Assembly (NCBI GenBank): GCA_963808235.1
Contig: CAWEEQ010000004.1
Span: 2,272,001-2,336,000 of the forward strand
Source of the DNA: an uncultured delta proteobacterium
Lineage (GTDB): Bacteria > Desulfobacterota > Binatia > Binatales > Binataceae
Length of the DNA: 64,000 bases
Reading direction: 5' to 3'
In this document: positions 46,936-56,826 of the stretch, piece by piece
Numbering within the stretch: position 1 is the stretch's first letter
Layout: every line of letters begins with the position of its first letter
The notes under the pieces: model-generated
What the model was told of the DNA's origin: nothing
Seen by the model: the letters and a program-made list of their open reading frames with translations, nothing else
Databases searched by the model: none
Program-made: the position numbers and the translations under genes

Positions 46936-47934
46936 TCAATCTTGGCTGAACGGCAAATCGGTCACGATCGCGCTGCCGTCCGCATCGACTTTCAATTCGG
47001 TTCCCGGCCGCCAGGCGCTGTGATGCAAAATTGCGAGTCCGATCGCACCCAATCGCGGCGAGCGAGTCGCGCTGCTCACCCGCCCGACTTCCTTGCCTTC
47101 GAGACTCAAGCCCGCGCCAAGCCTCCGCGATTCTTTAAACTTGAGTCCGAACATCCGTTTTTTCAAGCCGCCGCGCGCAGTCGCCCGCTCGATAGTTTCC
47201 TGCCCGAGGTAGCATCCCTTGTTCAGCGAGATCGCGCGATCGAGCCGCGCCTCGAGCGCGATCGTTTTGTCGAAGGTGTCGACGCCGACGCGCGCGACTC
47301 CATTCTCGATTCGTATCGCTTCGAGCACTGCGGAATCGATTCTGCGCGAATTCGGTATCGAGGTCAGAAGTTTGCCGACAATCGTGTCTACCTGCGCGCG
47401 CGGGGCAATAATCGATGCTGCAGGCGCGCCGAAGCGCGGCAGGTTCGCGACTCGAAGATCGCCGGTGAGCACCGCGCGCCACGCGGCAAGCGAACCCGCA
47501 TCGTCGCCACCCACGATGCGCGCCGCGTCATGCGCCTTTGGACCTTCGACATCGATAACCGACAAGTCCGGGCCGTCTTCGAATTCGACATCATCGGCAA
47601 CCAGCAGGCGCTCGAGATGCGCCCGCGCGCGCGCCCACGCGTCGGCGTCGATATCCAGAATGAGCGCGTCGTCGGTTACCCAGACGAACAAGTCGGCGAT
47701 CACGTGCGCGTGCTCGGTCAGAAACAGCGCCGGCAGGACCGAACCGGGCTTGGCGCCCTTGATATCCGCACTGGACGTGCCGTGAAAGAACGACACGCGA
47801 TCGTCGCCGACCACGCGCACCACCGTTCGGCCGTCGAGTATGCGAACGCCCACCGCCTTGATGACCGCATCGTAATCAGCGTCGAAGGCGGCCGCAGCGG
47901 AGCCGCGCTCGGGTGTCATTTCAAGATGGCCCAT
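46936..47934 (-). CDS. ygfZ: YgfZ/GcvT-like folate-binding Fe-S maintenance protein
   Basis: Signature KGCYLGQE; GDDRVSFFHG; GKEVGRVSS. Confidence 0.85.
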   Translation of the reverse strand: MGHLEMTPERGSAAAAFDADYDAVIKAVGVRILDGRTVVRVVGDDRVSFFHGTSSADIKGAKPGSVLPALFLTEHAHVIADLFVWVTDDALILDIDADAWARARAHLERLLVADDVEFEDGPDLSVIDVEGPKAHDAARIVGGDDAGSLAAWRAVLTGDLRVANLPRFGAPAASIIAPRAQVDTIVGKLLTSIPNSRRIDSAVLEAIRIENGVARVGVDTFDKTIALEARLDRAISLNKGCYLGQETIERATARGGLKKRMFGLKFKESRRLGAGLSLEGKEVGRVSSATRSPRLGAIGLAILHHSAWRPGTELKVDADGSAIVTDLPFSQD

Positions 47935-48052
47935 ATCAGGATCACGATACTAGAAAGTGGCTGTCTTGCGTACCGCAATGCGCTCATATTCTCGGTTTCA
48001 TTTACGTCGTACAATTTGAATATAATCATGCGTTCCCGAAGGAGCCAAAAAT

Positions 48053-48190
48053 ATGGGCGCATTCATCCTCGGTCTGATTGTCGGCGTCGGCGGCGCGCTG
48101 GCGCTCTTCATCTACGATGAGGGTGATTTGTTTTTGAAGCTCTCCCGTCAAATTAAGCAAACGGCGGAACGCTACAAGCAAACGCCGTAG
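48053..48190 (+). CDS. 45-aa single-TM protein (not in ORF track)
   Basis: MGAFILGLIVGVGGALALFIYDEGDLFLKLSRQIKQTAERYKQTP*; RBS aaggag and TATAAT upstream. Confidence 0.7.
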   Translation: MGAFILGLIVGVGGALALFIYDEGDLFLKLSRQIKQTAERYKQTP

Positions 48191-48210
48191 GAGGGGCAGA
48201 CTTAAGCCGC

Positions 48211-49701
48211 GTGATCAGAGGGATCGCGCATCCAGGGCGCGGTAGTACGCACCGCCGCCGCTTCTTTGCTTCCGCAGCCGGGGCGCTGTTGGCATTTGTG
48301 CTCACCCTGGGAGCTGCGCCGCGTTGTTACGCAGACGATGCGAGCACGCAGGCCCTGCAGTTGAGCGATCACGCATTCGCGATGCTCAACGCGATAAACG
48401 CTTCCGCCGCCGCCGGCAAGCCTGGACCGATACTCGAACCCGCGGCAAGCCTGGCCGGCGACGCGCAGACGCTTTCGACCGCGCTCGGCGCGCACGACAA
48501 CGCGGCGGCGAGCAGCGCGATGGCCGCGGTGCTTGGCGACCGCGACCGAATCGAAGCGGCTGCGAAGGTTGCGGGCGGAGGCTATCCGGAAGAGTGGACC
48601 AGCATAAGAGAAAAAATCGCGGCGCTCGAAAAGGCGGTGCCCGCTGCCAAAGGCTCGACTGCATCCGCGATGCACGCTCTGATACCGGCCGTCTCGGTCG
48701 CTCCGCCGGCGGGTGAGAAATTGCCTGCCGCGCCAACCGTCTCGATCGGGTCGCGGGTCTTCAAGGGCGATGCGGTTCGGGTCAGGGGATATTTGGAAGG
48801 CACCGATTTGAAGTCGGCCGGGATTTTCGATGCCGACCAGAAGAGCAAGGACATCGAGGTCGCATCGACGCCCGGCGAGCAGCGAATCAATTTCGACTTC
48901 ACGATCCAGCAGCCGTCGCAGACGCAATCGATTCGCGTCGCTGACGCGTACGGACGCGAAGCAAGCGCGATGATCGCGCCAGACCCTGCGGGCGTCGGCG
49001 CCATGAAGGGCGACGAGGAATTGATCGAGGTCGAGCCGAGTGCCGGGTCTTCATCAGGCATGGCTAGTGCCGAGCCTGACGATCGGCTCGCGTCAGCAGG
49101 TCCCGCGGGGGGCAACAATACCGCGGAGATTCCGCGCAGCACCGATGCGCTCTCGCCGTCCCGTCGTCATATTGACGAAAGCCGCAATCTCGAGCCGTTA
49201 ACGAACGTGCAGATCAACGTGCTCGACGCCGAAGAACTCATGTCGGCTCCCGGGATGGTACAGGTAGTCGGGCAAATCGCCGGACCGGGCGTGCTCCGCG
49301 CGGGCGTGTACGTCAACGGCAAGCTCGCCAAACCGATTCCTGTCAGCGCCGGCGGCTACAGCTCCTTCGACGTGACGTTTCCGATGCCGCCTGGCAGCGA
49401 CGCGCGAATTCGCGCCTACGGCAACGGCAACTCTTTCGTGGAAGCGTCGATCGATACCGTCAGCGGAGGCGCCGGGATAACGGAGTACCGCAATCCTCCG
49501 ATGTACACTTATCCGGGGTCGCCATATTACGCGCCAAATCCGTACGCCTACGCCAATCCCTATGCACCCGGCTACAATCCTTACGCGCCAAATCCTTATG
49601 GATACGCGCCCGGCTACGGACCGCCACCCTACGGCACGCCTTACTACGGCACCCCGCCACCCACCGCGAACAAGCCGTGGTACAGCAAGCTGTTCCATTG
49701 A
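48211..49701 (+). CDS. Exported protein with two Ig-like modules and a Tyr/Pro-rich repeat tail
   Basis: RRRFF-type signal; VRVRGYLEGTDLKSAGIF and VQVVGQIAGPGVLRAGVY internal repeat; YAPNPY repeats. Confidence 0.7.
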   Translation: MIRGIAHPGRGSTHRRRFFASAAGALLAFVLTLGAAPRCYADDASTQALQLSDHAFAMLNAINASAAAGKPGPILEPAASLAGDAQTLSTALGAHDNAAASSAMAAVLGDRDRIEAAAKVAGGGYPEEWTSIREKIAALEKAVPAAKGSTASAMHALIPAVSVAPPAGEKLPAAPTVSIGSRVFKGDAVRVRGYLEGTDLKSAGIFDADQKSKDIEVASTPGEQRINFDFTIQQPSQTQSIRVADAYGREASAMIAPDPAGVGAMKGDEELIEVEPSAGSSSGMASAEPDDRLASAGPAGGNNTAEIPRSTDALSPSRRHIDESRNLEPLTNVQINVLDAEELMSAPGMVQVVGQIAGPGVLRAGVYVNGKLAKPIPVSAGGYSSFDVTFPMPPGSDARIRAYGNGNSFVEASIDTVSGGAGITEYRNPPMYTYPGSPYYAPNPYAYANPYAPGYNPYAPNPYGYAPGYGPPPYGTPYYGTPPPTANKPWYSKLFH

Positions 49702-49719
49702 CGCGCATGCCACCTGAAC

Positions 49720-49748
49720 TTGCCGCGCCGGGCGGGCTTGCGTAGAAT
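49720..49748 (+). promoter_or_regulatory. Sigma70 promoter of efp
   Basis: TTGCCG-N17-TAGAAT. Confidence 0.6.
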
Positions 49749-49795
49749 TTCCTTTCTCACTTAAACCTTCGCATCGCATCGAGAGTGTTCACCTA

Positions 49796-50359
49796 ATGCT
49801 GATTCAAGCGACGCAACTGCGCCCGGGTATGATCGTTGAATACAACAACGACCTCTACCGCATCATGACCATCACCCACATCACGCCCGGCAACTGGCGC
49901 GGGATGGTGCAGACCAAGCTGCGCAACATCAAAACCGGCTCGCAGACCGAGAACCGCTTTCGCTCGGAAGATCGAGTCGAGCGCGTGATTCTGAATCAGC
50001 ACACGATGCAGTTCCTTTACCAGGACGGCGACGATTTCCATTTCATGAACACCGAGAACTACGAGCAGATCACGATTCCGAAGGAACTGATCGAAGACGT
50101 GGTCGGATTCCTGACTCCGAACCTGGAAGTCGAAGTCGAGTTTTACGAGACCACGCCGCTCAACGTAACACTGCCCAAGACCGTCGCGCTCAAGGTGATG
50201 CAGACCGATCCGGGAATGAAAACTGCCGCGGTCAACAACACGCTCAAGCCCGCGACCCTCGAGACCGGGATGATCATCAACGTGCCGCACTTCGTAGCCG
50301 AGGGCGACACGATTACGATCAATACCGAAACGCACGAGTACCTCTCACGCTCGAAGTAA
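49796..50359 (+). CDS. efp: Elongation factor P (PGNWRG loop)
   Basis: LRPGM, TPGNWRGMVQTKL, MQFLYQDG, KPATLETG, VPHFV, EYLSR. Confidence 0.96.
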   Translation: MLIQATQLRPGMIVEYNNDLYRIMTITHITPGNWRGMVQTKLRNIKTGSQTENRFRSEDRVERVILNQHTMQFLYQDGDDFHFMNTENYEQITIPKELIEDVVGFLTPNLEVEVEFYETTPLNVTLPKTVALKVMQTDPGMKTAAVNNTLKPATLETGMIINVPHFVAEGDTITINTETHEYLSRSK

Positions 50360-50402
50360 CTCGGGCGATTAGCCGCGCGAGATCGCGGAATGAGCAAACC
50401 GT

Positions 50403-51593
50403 TTGATTCGCGCGCCACACGTAAAACGATCGCGAACTTCTCAAGCGCTGCGACGCAAGCCGGCGCGCGATCGCGCCGACGCTCGCGAACGAATCGAGCC
50501 CCATCCGATTCGACTCGGACCGAATCTCTACATCGCACATACTCAGCCCGGTTTTGAGGCGGTCGCCTCCGACGAGATTGCGACCCGCATCGCCGGCGCT
50601 CGCGAGATAACCCGGCGCAGCGTGCCCGATCGCGCCGGCATGACGATCTTCTTCGCACCCGCCGCGCAGAAGCTCGGCGCGCTTCGCACCGTCGAAGATC
50701 TGTTCGGATTGGCCGGTTATCGCCCCGGCCTTGCGCCGGAAATGCAGACGCTGGAGAAAGTCCGCGCTGCGGCGCGTGAGGCTCCGCTCGTCGAGCCTGC
50801 GCTACAGTCCCGGGTCAAAATTTCACCGGGCGCGCGCGCAGGCAGACGGCTCAAGTTCCGGGTGATCGCAAGGATGGCCGGGGAGCACGAGTTTCGCCGA
50901 GTCGATTTTCAGCATGCGGTGGAACGCGGAATCGTGGAACGGACCGATCACACCTGGCGCCTGGAAGAAGAAGACGCCGAGGTCGAGTTGTGGGCCACCA
51001 TGATCGACTCGGAGTTCTTTCTGACCGTGCGACTCAGCGACGACCGGATGCGGCATCGCGAATATAAGGCCGCGCATCGGCCGGCTTCGCTCCGCGCGTC
51101 AAGTGCGGCGGCGATGGCGTGGCTGTCCGAGCCGCGCGACGACGATGTGGTGCTCGATCCTTTTTGCGGAGCGGGAACGATTCTGATCGAGCGCGCGCAT
51201 CTGGGTAAGTACGCGATGCTCCTGGGCAGCGATCGTGACCAGGGCGCGCTCGCGGCCGCGCGAATCAACGTAGGCGCTCGCTACAAGCCGATACAGCTTG
51301 AACCTTGGGACGCGGCTGCGCTCCCGGTCGCCGACGCGAGCGTCAGCAAAATAGTCACCAACCTGCCGTGGGGAATCCGCTACGGTTCGCACGGCGAGAA
51401 TCGAAAACTCTATCCCCAATGGTTCCGCGAGTTCGCGCGCGTGCTCAAAAACGGCGGCACGACGGTGATCCTCACCGCGGAATGGCGGCTGATGCGCGAT
51501 CTCGAGCGCAGCCATAAGATTGCGCCGGGCAAGATCATCCGCGTGTCGATCCTCGGCACGCCCGCTTCCGTGTATGTAATCAAAAAGTCGTAG
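50403..51593 (+). CDS. THUMP-like plus UPF0020 RNA methyltransferase (TrmN/Trm14/RlmL-like)
   Basis: PASLR.S.AAAM, LDPFCGAGTILIE, VTNLPWG; start uncertain. Confidence 0.8.
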   Translation: MIRAPHVKRSRTSQALRRKPARDRADARERIEPHPIRLGPNLYIAHTQPGFEAVASDEIATRIAGAREITRRSVPDRAGMTIFFAPAAQKLGALRTVEDLFGLAGYRPGLAPEMQTLEKVRAAAREAPLVEPALQSRVKISPGARAGRRLKFRVIARMAGEHEFRRVDFQHAVERGIVERTDHTWRLEEEDAEVELWATMIDSEFFLTVRLSDDRMRHREYKAAHRPASLRASSAAAMAWLSEPRDDDVVLDPFCGAGTILIERAHLGKYAMLLGSDRDQGALAAARINVGARYKPIQLEPWDAAALPVADASVSKIVTNLPWGIRYGSHGENRKLYPQWFREFARVLKNGGTTVILTAEWRLMRDLERSHKIAPGKIIRVSILGTPASVYVIKKS

Positions 51594-51599
51594 CGACTC

Positions 51600-52447
51600 T
51601 TACACCGCGGTAAAGCCGGCGCGGCTGATGAGCACACGGTGGGCGCCGAGCCGCAAACTCATCGCCTCGACCAGCTCGCGCTCGGCACCGGGTTGGAACC
51701 ATCGTTCGTAGCCATGCCTCGCGTACAGCTCGCGCATCCCGAGCGCGCAGATCGCGCACCCCCTGCGCCGTCGCCGTCGAAGTAGGTGTCAACTATCACG
51801 CGATCGGCTGAGTCGGCTGCGAGCTCGGCGAATCGCTCGGGATTGTTGGGCATCATCGGCGCGATTGCGAGTTGCACGAAAATGCCGCGCGCGCGGAACA
51901 TCCGCGCCGTGCGGAGCCGCCGCTCGATCGACGGCGAAGTCGGCGTGATCGCGCGGCGCACGCAGTCGTCGTCGGTCTCGAGCGTGATCGAGACGATCGC
52001 GCGGTCACCGAGCGCGCGAATTATTTCGACATCGCGCTCGACAAGCGGGCTTCGGGTCTGGATCAGGAGCCGGCGGATCGGATGGCGCACGAATGCCTCG
52101 AGCGCGGCGCACGTCAGTCCGAGCCGCCGCTCGATTCCCTGGTACGGATCGGTCGCGCTGGACATGAAGATCGTCGTTTCGCCGAGTCGGTGCTTTTCTT
52201 CGAGCGCGACCAGTTCATGTTCGAGACGCTCGGCGAGATTTGACTTGGCGATCACCCAACTTCCCCAGTCTCCCGATTCGGTCCGCGCGACGGGCAGCGT
52301 GCGGACGTAGCAGTACGGGCATCCGCCGGCGTCGCCGAAAGCGCATCCGACGTAGGGGTTGAGTGAGAACGCGAAGCCCTTAAGGAAACCGCCGGTCGGC
52401 GTGAGCGCGCGCGTGGCCGGCTTCAGCCTATAGCGTTTGGTCGACAA
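51600..52447 (-). CDS. SPL-family radical SAM protein, with apparent 1-nt frameshift near 51745
   Basis: LNPYVGCAFGDAGGCPYCYV, MSSATDPYQ, QTRSPLVERD; a natural-looking C-terminus LGMRELYARHGYERWF...GFTAV* continues in another frame to 51600. Confidence 0.82.
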
Positions 52448-53821
52448 CTACTTCGCGGCGGGCGAGAAGAAAGCCAGCACCGCGGTCGAGATTTGACGCT
52501 GCTCACTGCCGTCGATAGGCACCACCCAGGCCATCGGGGGCGGCGCGGTTCCGATCGCCTGGTCGGGAGAGCCCAGCAATCGCACCCCGGCATAAATGAA
52601 CGACGACGAATCGGGAGACCAGATTGTGTGGGAGACCGCGAGCTGATCGAAGAAACGATACGCGGTCGATTCCTCAGTCGTGGTGAGAAAATTCCCGAGC
52701 TCTTTTCCCTTGCCGCTCTGAACGTCGACCACCGCCCACGTGTAATACGGCTTTTCTTCGGGCACCTGGATATAGGCGAGGTGGCGCGAGTCGGGCGCGA
52801 AGAAAAATGCGGCGACCTCGTTCTTGGTCAGCCACTTCGAATTCGCGTTCGCGATATCGACCAGTTTGATCCCGTGATAGACCGGATTTTGCGGCGTCAG
52901 CGCGGTCGAGTATGCCAGATGCGCCGAGTCGGGCGCCCAAATGAAGCTGTTCTCTCCAACTGGCAGGCTCACGATCGAGCGCGGATTTTTCGCGTCCGCG
53001 TCGGCAACCACAATGTTAGATTCGGCGTGGTAATTTGCGATGTAGGCGAGATGCTTTCCGTCTGGCGACCAGCATGGAGTCTTGAACGGCGTGCGCCCGC
53101 TCGAGAGCACTTTCTCGACGTTCTGGCTGGTCGGCGTCAGGCTCATCAGCGAAACCTGCTCGGTGCGATCGGAATTCAGTGCCAGCGTATGCACCGCCAG
53201 CTCGCCCGCATTCGCGCCCCAATCGAAATAGAGCGGCATCCCGGTGGTGACGATTCTGACCGGCGACGATTCCTTGATCTCCGCGAGCATCAGGCTCAGT
53301 CCGCGCGGCTCGTCGATGAGGAACGACAGATGCTGCCCGTCGGAGAGCCAGCTCATGTAAATGATACGCTCGGTGCGGCTTTCGAAGATCTCAGTCGGCT
53401 GCTGGCGCGCCAGATCGTAAACCCAGAGCGCGAACGAGTTGTCGGAATCCTTGCGCCCCTCGGACCAGTACGCGAGGCGTTTGCCGTCGGGCGAGAAGGT
53501 CGGGAATCCATACTGAGTGCCGCTGCCGGGGCGATCTTCGGAGCCGTCGTCGGCGACTCGAACGATTAGATCGTCGCGCCCGTCGTCGCGCCGCACGCGG
53601 GTCGCCGGAGCCCTGCAGGTGACACATTTGGGCTCCGCACATTTCGCGTCGCAGTAGTAGATATTGCCGTCCGTGCCGACGAACGTGATCGCGCCGCCCG
53701 GGACAGGAGCACCGTGTGCAATCGTCGCGACCAACAGCAGCAGGCATCCGGCCGCAGCCGAGATTCGGAGCCAGGCGCGAATAGACAAGACACGTATGGA
53801 AAAAATCGCTGATATCGTCAT
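52448..53821 (-). CDS. TolB-like (PD40) beta-propeller exported protein
   Basis: PTFSPDGKRLAY, WLSDGQHL, WSPDGKHLAY, WAPDS, WSPDS repeats; start uncertain. Confidence 0.8.
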   Translation of the reverse strand: MTISAIFSIRVLSIRAWLRISAAAGCLLLLVATIAHGAPVPGGAITFVGTDGNIYYCDAKCAEPKCVTCRAPATRVRRDDGRDDLIVRVADDGSEDRPGSGTQYGFPTFSPDGKRLAYWSEGRKDSDNSFALWVYDLARQQPTEIFESRTERIIYMSWLSDGQHLSFLIDEPRGLSLMLAEIKESSPVRIVTTGMPLYFDWGANAGELAVHTLALNSDRTEQVSLMSLTPTSQNVEKVLSSGRTPFKTPCWSPDGKHLAYIANYHAESNIVVADADAKNPRSIVSLPVGENSFIWAPDSAHLAYSTALTPQNPVYHGIKLVDIANANSKWLTKNEVAAFFFAPDSRHLAYIQVPEEKPYYTWAVVDVQSGKGKELGNFLTTTEESTAYRFFDQLAVSHTIWSPDSSSFIYAGVRLLGSPDQAIGTAPPPMAWVVPIDGSEQRQISTAVLAFFSPAAK

Positions 53822-53946
53822 CGAACTTTAGAATCGAGCTTTAGAATTGCGCCTGCACGGGGGGCAAGGCAAGAACAGTTCGGTCGAAGCAAGAACGATC
53901 TCTGCCGTGTGTTGACTTGACCCTCCGATCAGGCAAAGTTGGACGG

Positions 53947-54399
53947 ATGCGGCGAGCTGCAATAATTTTAAGCGCTGCGCTTTTGCTTGGCCTCCCCTCC
54001 ATTACGAACGCGCAGTACAACGACAGCGATCGGCAGAATCCCAAGGAATATCACGACGAGGATTCGCAGCCTCTCGCGATAGTCAGCTACCTGTTTTACC
54101 CGATTGGGTACGCGTTCGAATGGCTGGTGGGACGTCCGCTCCACTACGTCGCCACCGAAAGTCCGGTGGCGCCTATATTCCGACCGGTCGGCGGCAATGA
54201 CGAATCTCCTCCGCCGCCGGTTCCGGTGATCCCCGATAACTCGCTCAATTCCGCCGCAGCGGAAGCGCCGCCGCCTCAGGATTGGACGCCCACGCATCAG
54301 CACACGACTCCGCCGGCTGCAGGGGGCGTCGCGCAGCCCGCGTCACCGTCGCAATCGTCGGGGATGCCGCCCACGAGTGTTCAGCCGACGATGCACTGA
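53947..54399 (+). CDS. Exported Pro-rich hypothetical protein
   Basis: Signal peptide; QPLAIVSYLFYPIGYAFEWLVGRPLHY; Pro-rich tail. Confidence 0.65.
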   Translation: MRRAAIILSAALLLGLPSITNAQYNDSDRQNPKEYHDEDSQPLAIVSYLFYPIGYAFEWLVGRPLHYVATESPVAPIFRPVGGNDESPPPPVPVIPDNSLNSAAAEAPPPQDWTPTHQHTTPPAAGGVAQPASPSQSSGMPPTSVQPTMH

Positions 54400-54580
54400 G
54401 ACTGCGCGTTTCACGCGAAATGTAACCGTCTGGGCGATCCACCAGAACATCGCGGCGCTATGTTGCCCTTGTAATGTTGCGTATCTTTAGGCAATAGAAT
54501 TTTTGCTAATCGGCTACGTCCAATCTGATAGGGTGAGCTAATGTGTCCTCATCCACTTGTGGGAGGTCCTGACACCTGAA

Positions 54581-55192
54581 ATGGCTGTTGCAGCGAAAGA
54601 AAAAGCTCCGACCGATCCGGCCGAACTGAAGAAGTGGCGTGAGGACGAGCAAGCCAAGGAACGCGCGAAACGCGACAAGGAAAAGACCGAACTCGGCACG
54701 CTGTGGAGCCGTCGCGATTTCCTGGGCGTGCTCGGATGGAGCGGCTTCGGCGCATTCTCGCTGATCGGATTGCTCGCGGCCGTGCGGTCCGCATTTCCGC
54801 GCGTGCTGTTTCTGCCCCCGTCGAAGTTCAAGGCCGGCTTGCCTGACGATTACGTAGTCGGCGAAGTCAGCGAGAAGTACAAGCAGGATTTCCGCACCTG
54901 GATTATCCGCACCAAGGCCGGCTTCTACGCGATCTTCGCCAAGTGCACTCACCTCGGATGCACTCCGCGATGGCTCAAGACCGAACAGAAGTTCAAGTGC
55001 CCGTGCCACGGCTCCGGCTACTACATCAGCGGGCTGAACTTCGAGGGCCCCGCGCCGCGCCCGATGGATCGATTTAAGATCTACGTCGGCGACGACGGCC
55101 AGCTCGTGGTCGATAAAGCGGTCATCTACACGATGGAACCAGGAGTCGATCCCAACGAGCAGCATCCAGAGAGCATCCTGAAAATCGTCTGA
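54581..55192 (+). CDS. Rieske [2Fe-2S] protein (cytochrome bc/b6f type), stand-alone
   Basis: SRRDFL Tat motif plus TM; CTHLGC, CPCHGS, GPAPRPM. Confidence 0.9.
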   Translation: MAVAAKEKAPTDPAELKKWREDEQAKERAKRDKEKTELGTLWSRRDFLGVLGWSGFGAFSLIGLLAAVRSAFPRVLFLPPSKFKAGLPDDYVVGEVSEKYKQDFRTWIIRTKAGFYAIFAKCTHLGCTPRWLKTEQKFKCPCHGSGYYISGLNFEGPAPRPMDRFKIYVGDDGQLVVDKAVIYTMEPGVDPNEQHPESILKIV

Positions 55193-55196
55193 GGGA

Positions 55197-56720
55197 CTAC
55201 GCGAGCGCGAGACGCTCGAGCTGATCTTTGGGCGCTTCCATCTCGAGTAGGGCGGCGCGGAGTTTTTCGGCCGCTCGTTTTTCTTCCGTGGTACCAGCTA
55301 AGTTCGCTTCTTCGGCGGGATCGTCGCGCACGCGATACAGATTGTTGCCGCTGAACTTGCCCATCGCCCAGTACGGAAGCAAATCGCCAGCTCTGAACGG
55401 CTGGCGGATTACCGGAATCCGCGAGCCCGGCATCCGGTCGAGCACCGCGCGCTCATCGGGCGGTGGTAGCAGGAGCTCGGGACGCTGCGGGATCGGCATC
55501 GTGGACCATCGATTCGACCACAGACTTAAGGGGGCGTTGTCGCCCGCCGGAGCGCGCGCGTACTTCATTTCTGCGTCGATTAGGTGCACCTCGCGGCCCC
55601 ATATTCCGGCGATCGCCCAGTCGCGAATCGAGTTCGCCTCGCGAGTCATCAGCGGGAGCATCGAGCGCCCGTGCGTGCGATGCGCCAGCTCCACGCCGAA
55701 GATGTCGGCGAGCGTTGCGCAGATATCCACGTTGGTCGTGAGCGCGTCGACGCTGCCCGCGCCGATTCCCGGCGATGCGATCAGCAACGGCGTATGCCCG
55801 AGCGGCTCGTAGATAGGCACCGCGGGCTTGCCCCAGATATCTTTTTCGCCGAGGTAATGACCGTGATCGGTGCATACGATCACGGCGGTATCGTCATAAA
55901 ATCCGCCTCGCTCGATTGCCGCCAGCAGCTTGCCGAGCCACATGTCGATCATCGTGAGCTTCGCTCCGTACGACGCGCGAATCTGCGTCGCATCTCTTTT
56001 CGTGATCACGCCGCGTTCAATCGCGCCGCGTAAATACGGCGGCCAGATCAGATGCGCGCCTTGCCACGACGAATCGTACATCGAAGCGTACGGCTCCGGC
56101 GTGTCGAACGGCTCATGCGGATCGAATTCGTCGATGAACAGCATGAACCGATCGTGGCTGCGCGCCGAGCGCTCGAGCCATTCGGTCGCGGCAACCATCG
56201 TGCGCGGCCCCGGAAAATCCGCCTCGTCGCGAAAATAGCCGCGCGAATTGTCATACGGAGTCTGACCGCGCCCGAAAGACGGCGCTCCAATCCAGCTTGG
56301 GTCCGGACGCGTCTGCCAGGGGTCGCTCTCGTGCCCGCGCTGGTAGTCCCAGGCGGTGAAGTCGGTGTGATAGTTCTCGCCGCCGACTTCAAACAAATGC
56401 GGATGGTCCGAGACGAGCTTGGTGACGACGCCGGCCGCGCGAAGGTACGCGGTCAGCGGCCGTTCCCAGATCTCGATCGAGCCCCACGGCTTCCACAGGA
56501 AATCGATCGCACCGCATAGGATGTCGTGACGGGCTGGGATGCATGGCAGCGAACCGGCGTAATGACGATCGAAGCGAACGGCCCGGCGCGCGAACGCGTC
56601 AAGGTTGGGTGTTGAGAACTCGCGCCCGCCGTATGCACCGAGCATGTGGCGATTGAGGCTGTCGAGCAGGATTACGATGGCGTTTTGCGGCCGCAGCGCA
56701 GTGGCGTGATTCGGGGTCAT
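55197..56720 (-). CDS. Cys-type (formylglycine) sulfatase
   Basis: LLDSL, TPNLD, CIPAR, DPHEP, TDHG..LGE. Confidence 0.9.
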   Translation of the reverse strand: MTPNHATALRPQNAIVILLDSLNRHMLGAYGGREFSTPNLDAFARRAVRFDRHYAGSLPCIPARHDILCGAIDFLWKPWGSIEIWERPLTAYLRAAGVVTKLVSDHPHLFEVGGENYHTDFTAWDYQRGHESDPWQTRPDPSWIGAPSFGRGQTPYDNSRGYFRDEADFPGPRTMVAATEWLERSARSHDRFMLFIDEFDPHEPFDTPEPYASMYDSSWQGAHLIWPPYLRGAIERGVITKRDATQIRASYGAKLTMIDMWLGKLLAAIERGGFYDDTAVIVCTDHGHYLGEKDIWGKPAVPIYEPLGHTPLLIASPGIGAGSVDALTTNVDICATLADIFGVELAHRTHGRSMLPLMTREANSIRDWAIAGIWGREVHLIDAEMKYARAPAGDNAPLSLWSNRWSTMPIPQRPELLLPPPDERAVLDRMPGSRIPVIRQPFRAGDLLPYWAMGKFSGNNLYRVRDDPAEEANLAGTTEEKRAAEKLRAALLEMEAPKDQLERLALA

Positions 56721-56826
56721 CGTCTCTGAATCCCTGACTCAGACTCAGTTTATATGCGAATTGGCAATTTGATAGTGTGCTTGACGCCGCAATGGATTCA
56801 ACGCCGTGTAGTCAGGCAGGGGGACT

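Noticed and set aside
49495-49680. Short tandem repeats as a CRISPR-like array
   Set aside because: They are imperfect, in-frame coding repeats (YAPNPY) with no spacer structure and no cas genes.
50403-51593. Methyltransferase as the EF-P modifying enzyme
   Set aside because: Its motifs (THUMP-like region, DPFCGAGT, NLPWG) point to an RNA guanine methyltransferase; adjacency alone is insufficient.
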